Positions 59,535 to 64,000 of a DNA stretch of 64,000 nucleotides are shown here, one piece after another. The notes beneath the pieces are model-generated. The model saw only the letters and a list, made by a program, of their open reading frames with translations. It was not told the DNA's origin and did no database searches. Within the stretch, counting starts at the first letter, position 1; each line of letters opens with the position of its first letter. This stretch comes from Thermodesulfobacteriota bacterium (GTDB taxonomy: Bacteria; Desulfobacterota; Desulfobacteria; Desulfobacterales; SURF-7), in assembly GCA_049320885.1 (NCBI GenBank), contig JBMORA010000043.1, positions 25,566 to 89,565 of the forward strand. Direction: 5' to 3'. A program made the position numbers and the translations under genes.

Positions 59535-60121
59535 GCAATGGCTCCTGTCTGTCCCGCAGCTTTCTTCTCCCGGCCCTTCAATTTGGAAAGCCCGTAATCG
59601 TATCCCTTGGTAAAGGCTTTCAGGTTCATTTCCTCGGTCCCCTTGGGAACGGAGGATGTCACCGCTTCCCGGGCCGCCTTCTCGGAAACCAGGGCCGTCA
59701 CGGCCGTGACGAATCCCAGCATGATGATGTTGGCCATCATTTTACGCCCTAGTTCCTCTGCCATCCGGGTGGCTGGTATGTCCAGGACGTCCCGGCGGCC
59801 GTCGGGGGTCACCAGGTCCCGGTCCGTAATGAGAAATCCGTCGGGCCTGACCTGATCCTTGTATTTTTCATAGGCCGACTGGGACATGCAGACCAGCACG
59901 TCGGCAGTCTTGACATAGGGGTATTGAATGGTCCGATCCGAGATGATCACCTGGGCGCAGCAGGCCCCGCCCCTGGATTCCGGTCCGTAGGACTGCACCA
60001 GGGTGCTTTCCCTGTGATCCCCGAGGGCCGCGGCCATGCCCAGGATCTTGCCGGCGAGCACGATGCCCTGGCCCCCGAACCCGGTGACGATCACTTCCTT
60101 TTTATTGATTTCCGTATTCAT
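59531..60121 (-). CDS. 2-oxoacid:ferredoxin oxidoreductase gamma subunit
   Basis: GFGGQG, SYGPESRGG, NIIMLG; start MNTEIN. Confidence 0.93.
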   Translation of the reverse strand: MNTEINKKEVIVTGFGGQGIVLAGKILGMAAALGDHRESTLVQSYGPESRGGACCAQVIISDRTIQYPYVKTADVLVCMSQSAYEKYKDQVRPDGFLITDRDLVTPDGRRDVLDIPATRMAEELGRKMMANIIMLGFVTAVTALVSEKAAREAVTSSVPKGTEEMNLKAFTKGYDYGLSKLKGREKKAAGQTGAIA

Positions 60122-60126
60122 ATCCC

Positions 60127-60987
60127 TCACCCGGTCTTGCGTTTTTCTTCGGTTTCCGGCTTCGGCCAGTACATTTTGCGATACATCTCGTCGCAGGTGG
60201 GGCGCTCGATATCGACAAATTTGCCGAGAATCACCCCCTTGCTGAAGTCCACGTCCAGTTCGGCCGGATTCGCGCCGTTCTTGATGATGGTGTTCTCGTG
60301 ATACTGCCGGAGTGTATCCAGGGATTTTTCCTTGTTGCGCCTGCCGTAGTTGACCGGACAGGGCGACAGCACCTCGATGAAGGAAAAGCCCTTGCGCAGA
60401 ATGGCTTCCTGAACGGCGTCGGCCAGATCCCGGGCGTGCAGCATGGTCCAGCGGGCCACGTAGGTGGCGCCCGCCGCATAGGCCAGCAGGGGCAGGTTGA
60501 AAGGGGTCTCCGGGTTGCCGGCGCCGGTGGTCGCGGACTTGGCCCGGAACGGCGTGGTGGCCGCCACCTGTCCGCCGGTCATGCCGTAGGTCAGGTTGTT
60601 GACACAGACCACGGTGAGGTCCATGTTTCGCCGGGCCGCGTGGATGAAGTGATTGCCGCCGATGGCGAACAGATCGCCGTCCCCGGAAAACACGACCACG
60701 TTGATATCCGGCCTGGCCATCTTGATGCCGGTGGCAAAGGGAATGGCCCGGCCGTGGGTGGTGTGGAAGGAGTCGATATTGATGTATCCGGCCCCTCTCC
60801 CGGAACAGCCGATTCCGGACACCATGGCGAACTGGTTGTAGGGCACGCCGCTGTTCTTGATGGCCGACAGACAGGAAGTGAATACGGAGCCGATCCCGCA
60901 TCCGGGGCACCAGATATGGGGGATGCGGTCCATGCGCACCAGTTCCTCGAGGGGATGGGGCGACGACGGGTTGGCGGAAGGTTTCAT
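60127..60987 (-). CDS. 2-oxoacid:ferredoxin oxidoreductase beta subunit
   Basis: WCPGCG, SGIGCS, HGRA, GDGD, YGMTGGQ. Confidence 0.95.
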   Translation of the reverse strand: MKPSANPSSPHPLEELVRMDRIPHIWCPGCGIGSVFTSCLSAIKNSGVPYNQFAMVSGIGCSGRGAGYINIDSFHTTHGRAIPFATGIKMARPDINVVVFSGDGDLFAIGGNHFIHAARRNMDLTVVCVNNLTYGMTGGQVAATTPFRAKSATTGAGNPETPFNLPLLAYAAGATYVARWTMLHARDLADAVQEAILRKGFSFIEVLSPCPVNYGRRNKEKSLDTLRQYHENTIIKNGANPAELDVDFSKGVILGKFVDIERPTCDEMYRKMYWPKPETEEKRKTG

Positions 60988-62141
60988 CCCAGTATCTCCT
61001 TTGCGATTGCAAGAACATCGTCGGGGGGTATGATGGCGCCGCCCGTGTGACCGGCCAGACGGCTGGGAACGGTTCCCGCGCAGCGCTGGACCTCCCGGCT
61101 GATCTGCCCCATGTTGATTTCCACGGTGATGAACCCCTTCACTTGCCTGGCAAGCGTCCGGATTTTCTCCTCGGGGAAGGGCCAGACCGTCACCAGGCGC
61201 AACAGTCCCATCCGGATACCCGTCTTCCGGGCTTCCTCCACGGCCGTATAGGAAGTCCGCGCCGACACCCCGTAGGACACCACGGCGATCTCGGCGTCTT
61301 CCAGCAGGTATTCCTCGGTGAGGATGATCTCGTCCGTATGGTTGCGGATCTTCCCCAGAAGCCGGTCCATCATCTCCTTCTGGGTGTCCACGGACATGAC
61401 CGGATAGCCTTTTTCATTGTGGGTCAGACCGGTGACATGGACATTGTAGCCGTCGCCGATGGCCGGCATGGGCGCCACGCCGTCGGGCCCCGGCTGAAAG
61501 GGTTTGAACCGGTCCTTGCGGCCTGTGGGCCTGGTCCGGGAAACGGTCTTGATGCTGCGGGCGTCCGGAATAATCACCTTCTCGCTCATGTGTCCCACGA
61601 TCTCGTCGGACATGATGAACACCGGCGTCCGGTATTTTTCGCTCAGATTGAAGGCCGTGATGGTCAGGTCGAACATTTCCTGGGGCGAGGACGGAGCGAT
61701 GGCGATGATTTCGTAATCTCCATGGGAGCCCCAGCGCGCCTGCATCATATCCCCCTGGGCCCCCTGGGTGGGCAGACCGGTGGACGGGCCCGCCCGCTGC
61801 ACATTCACCACCACGCAGGGTGTCTCGGTCACCACCGCCAGTCCCACGGTCTCCATCATCAGGCTGAAACCGGGTCCCGAGGTTGCGGTCATGGTTTTCA
61901 CACCGGTCCAGGCAGCGCCGAGAATGGAGGTCATGGCGGCGATTTCGTCTTCCATCTGGATGAAAGTGCCGCCCACCTGGGGCAGACGGATGGACATCTG
62001 TTCGGCCACTTCCGTGGCCGGAGTGATGGGGTAGCCGCCGAAAAACAGGCATCCGGCCGCAATGGCGCCCTCGGCGCAGGCCTCGTCGCCGTTCATGAAA
62101 TGTTCACCGGTAAGGACTTTTGGTTTCATTGTCTGGATCAC
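60984..62141 (-). CDS. 2-oxoacid:ferredoxin oxidoreductase alpha subunit
   Basis: YPITPATE, QMEDE, ATSGPG, QRAGPSTGLPT, EINMGQ. Confidence 0.95.
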   Translation of the reverse strand: MIQTMKPKVLTGEHFMNGDEACAEGAIAAGCLFFGGYPITPATEVAEQMSIRLPQVGGTFIQMEDEIAAMTSILGAAWTGVKTMTATSGPGFSLMMETVGLAVVTETPCVVVNVQRAGPSTGLPTQGAQGDMMQARWGSHGDYEIIAIAPSSPQEMFDLTITAFNLSEKYRTPVFIMSDEIVGHMSEKVIIPDARSIKTVSRTRPTGRKDRFKPFQPGPDGVAPMPAIGDGYNVHVTGLTHNEKGYPVMSVDTQKEMMDRLLGKIRNHTDEIILTEEYLLEDAEIAVVSYGVSARTSYTAVEEARKTGIRMGLLRLVTVWPFPEEKIRTLARQVKGFITVEINMGQISREVQRCAGTVPSRLAGHTGGAIIPPDDVLAIAKEILG

Positions 62142-62175
62142 CGCCTCGATTATTCAGGGTTGGACCATGGTTTTC

Positions 62176-62454
62176 TCAACACGGATCGTTTCCCGATCCA
62201 TCGGCCGCCGCCATGGAAAAAATGGCGAATTCCGGGCACAGCAGTTCGCAGTAATGGCAGTTCAGGCACTCATCGGATTTCACCCGGGGCGGATGATATC
62301 CCTTGGCGTTGAATTTTTTCGAAAACTCCAGCACTTCCCGGGGGCAATATTCGATGCAATAGCCGCAGCCCTTGCATCTCTCCTCAATGATGTGCACCAC
62401 CCCCCTGGTGATCTGGATATCGCCGGAATCAAGCGGGACCCGCCAGTATTTCAT
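62176..62454 (-). CDS. 2-oxoacid:ferredoxin oxidoreductase delta (ferredoxin) subunit
   Basis: CKGCGYCIEYCP, NAKGYHP, CLNCHYCELLCPEFAI. Confidence 0.92.
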   Translation of the reverse strand: MKYWRVPLDSGDIQITRGVVHIIEERCKGCGYCIEYCPREVLEFSKKFNAKGYHPPRVKSDECLNCHYCELLCPEFAIFSMAAADGSGNDPC

Positions 62455-62693
62455 AATTCCACCCCTTGCGCTCCTTGACGGTTTGTTTTCGGGCTACCAT
62501 AAATTTTGGTCTCTACACGTCCTTTGTAAAAAAAACAATAGCCAATAACAACCCGTTGCCAGGTAACCTTTGTTGCCTGGGACCTGCTTTCGCAACTGGA
62601 AAGTCTGCTTCGGGACCGCTATTTCGATGATTTCAACGCCATCATGCACGCGCTGGAGAAAAAAAGAGGGCTTGAAAGACACTTTCCCTACGC

Positions 62694-62709
62694 TGTGAAC
62701 AAAATCACA
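62694..62709. promoter_or_regulatory. TGTGA-N6-TCACA site (CRP/HcpR/Rex-like)
   Basis: TGTGAACAAAATCACA about 240 bp upstream of the kor-hdr operon. Confidence 0.55.
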
Positions 62710-62812
62710 CTACCAGACCTCTTTCACCTGTCCGGACGGGGAAAAAATATTGGGTCGTTTTCTTTTTATCAATATTCCAAAAAGAGTTCCATTTTTATTA
62801 TTTCTGCGTTGC

Positions 62813-62884
62813 TGCCAACGACTTTCTCACCTGACGGTGTGCAGCGACAGCCGAACATCGGTCAGGTGCAGAAAATTGTTCGAT
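62813..62884 (-). mobile_element. Integron attC site
   Basis: Minus strand ATCGAAC-AAT-TTTCTGCACCTGAC...GTCAGGTGAGAAA-GTC-GTTGGCA: AAC/GTT cores, paired L boxes with one unpaired base; starts 12 bp after the PIN gene stop. Confidence 0.85.
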
Positions 62885-62896
62885 GTCGGCCCTTCG

Positions 62897-63307
62897 TCAT
62901 TTCTCTGGACAAATTATTCTTACTGTCGGGAAGTAAGTCCTATATCTACCCTCATCCCTGGTGATCAAATCCATGCCAAGCACGGCGGCTTGTGCTCCGA
63001 TATAGAAATCTGGCAAGGGTGATTGCTTCGCACCCTTACCCTTTCTGTAACGAAGATAAGCTTTCCCGGCTAAAAATAATGCCTCTTTAGGGATTTCTAA
63101 CAACTGAAATCCACCATTATGTAGTGCTGATTCCAGTTCCTCAATTTTTTGAAAAGCTATCGATACTTCCGTATAGACAATCTGATTGATGTAAAGGGTT
63201 GAACTTTGGCTGGCATCAGCCAATACAGTTTCTGACCAGTCAGCCCAATTCGGGTCATCCAGAAGGATGTCTAAAATGATATTCGAATCCACGAGAACGC
63301 CGGTCAT
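62897..63307 (-). CDS. vapC: VapC (PIN domain) toxin
   Basis: VLVDSNIILD, VYTE, LPDFYIGAQA, LITRD. Confidence 0.93.
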   Translation of the reverse strand: MTGVLVDSNIILDILLDDPNWADWSETVLADASQSSTLYINQIVYTEVSIAFQKIEELESALHNGGFQLLEIPKEALFLAGKAYLRYRKGKGAKQSPLPDFYIGAQAAVLGMDLITRDEGRYRTYFPTVRIICPEK

Positions 63308-63531
63308 TCTTCAGACCTTGTCAGCGCCATGATTTCATCTGTAGTCATTTTGACAGTTGCCAAACCACGAAGTTTTGAAAACTTACATGTGGCTGCCTTT
63401 TCCTCTTTTCGTTTCACTAAAAAGACGCGCCCCTTTTCCTCGATGAAATCGACCTCTGTTGCGGGGGCTATCCCTAGTTTATCGCGAATGTTTTGAGGGA
63501 TTGTGACTTGACCTTTTGTGGTAACTCTCAT
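63304..63531 (-). CDS. AbrB/MazE-type antitoxin (VapB)
   Basis: MRVTTKGQVTIP..RDKLGI; GGAGG RBS; overlaps toxin start. Confidence 0.92.
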   Translation of the reverse strand: MRVTTKGQVTIPQNIRDKLGIAPATEVDFIEEKGRVFLVKRKEEKAATCKFSKLRGLATVKMTTDEIMALTRSEE

Positions 63532-63549
63532 GATACAGCCTCCACCAAG

Positions 63550-63589
63550 TATTACCGGTAATAGTAATACCAAAAATGGGGTCTGTCAA
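63550..63589 (-). promoter_or_regulatory. Cassette-internal sigma70 promoter with operator palindrome
   Basis: TTGACA-17 bp-TACTAT; TATTACCGGTAATA at 63550-63563. Confidence 0.8.
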
Positions 63590-63604
63590 TGAAATTTCGA
63601 TATC

Positions 63605-63668
63605 ATCGAACGACAAGTTCACCGGGAAGCTCCTTTTTTGGGCGATCCGGTGGAACGTTTTGTTGGGC
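63605..63668 (-). mobile_element. Integron attC site
   Basis: Minus strand GCCCAAC-AAAAC-GTTCCACCGG...CCGGTGAAC-TTGTC-GTTCGAT; one unpaired C in the L box. Confidence 0.85.
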
Positions 63669-63885
63669 GTGTTGTTTTACGAGCGATATCAATAAGCGAG
63701 AGAAGAGCATTATTAACCGCCTCCTCGTTAGGAAATGCCTCAGCAACTTCCGGTCTCAGGACAATGATATTAGAGGATTCTTTCATGCGCTTTGCATACT
63801 TGCCCCGCACAAGGCCACCGGGAAAATCGGAACGCTTATACTCCGCCCGTAATTCGTCTTTGTCAGGTTTTCTATCCTTCTTCAT
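63619..63885 (-). CDS. Putative antitoxin of the type found downstream of BrnT toxins
   Basis: DELRAEY..VRGKYA..NIIVLRPEVAEAFPNEEAVNNAL; its stop lies inside the attC. Confidence 0.75.
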   Translation of the reverse strand: MKKDRKPDKDELRAEYKRSDFPGGLVRGKYAKRMKESSNIIVLRPEVAEAFPNEEAVNNALLSLIDIARKTTRPTKRSTGSPKKGASR

Positions 63886-64000
63886 AGAGTTCTTTTATTT
63901 CTTCCTCAGAAAGGACACGGTTGTATATGCGGATATCATCGATAGTTCCGAACCACTGAGATGTATTACGTGGGGTTTGCCCAATGTTTATATATGAGAA
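63872..64000 (-). CDS. 3' end of a LamG/concanavalin-like domain gene (partial, runs off window)
   Basis: Manual translation FSYINIGQTPRNTSQWFGTIDDIRIYNRVLSEEEIKELYEEG*. Confidence 0.8.
   Translation of the reverse strand, partial: FSYINIGQTPRNTSQWFGTIDDIRIYNRVLSEEEIKELYEEG

Noticed and set aside
62547..62561. Sigma54 promoter for the kor operon (TGGCAACGGGTTGT)
   Set aside because: The conserved -12 GC is absent
1..64000. tRNA, rRNA, CRISPR array, prophage or intact IS
   Set aside because: None recognised by eye; a tRNA or covariance scan was not run

Overview
GC-rich chromosome segment of an anaerobic bacterium, probably a Desulfobacterales-like deltaproteobacterium (inferred from gene content only). 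1-17 kb is housekeeping: uvrA, pdxA, a divergent dnaA paralogue, a GlcD-type oxidase, suhB, hflX, rpsF-rpsR-DUF2232-rplI-dnaB, and a FadR-type regulator with an alkyl-DHAP-synthase-like oxidase. 17-37 kb is accessory: a secreted FG-GAP protein, a C39 pseudo-peptidase, PAS kinases, a CBS-HPP-metY-GATase operon and a two-CW/cNMP/kinase/PP2C fusion. 37-62 kb is energy metabolism: hdrCB divergent from rnfCDGEAB, and a kor-hdrL-mvhD/hdrD-hdrA operon. Main features missing from the ORF track: (1) two selenoproteins split at in-frame UGA codons, each followed by a SECIS-like hairpin (HdrA-MvhD and a tandem C-GCAxxG-C-C protein); (2) two integron attC sites delimiting toxin-antitoxin cassettes at the right edge; (3) a repeated TTGAC-N4-GTCAA palindrome suggesting a local regulon; (4) several deletion remnants (GmrSD, VapC, DUF4143 ATPase, and a LamG/BrnT-like junction). 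All family calls are by motif recognition; no searches were run.
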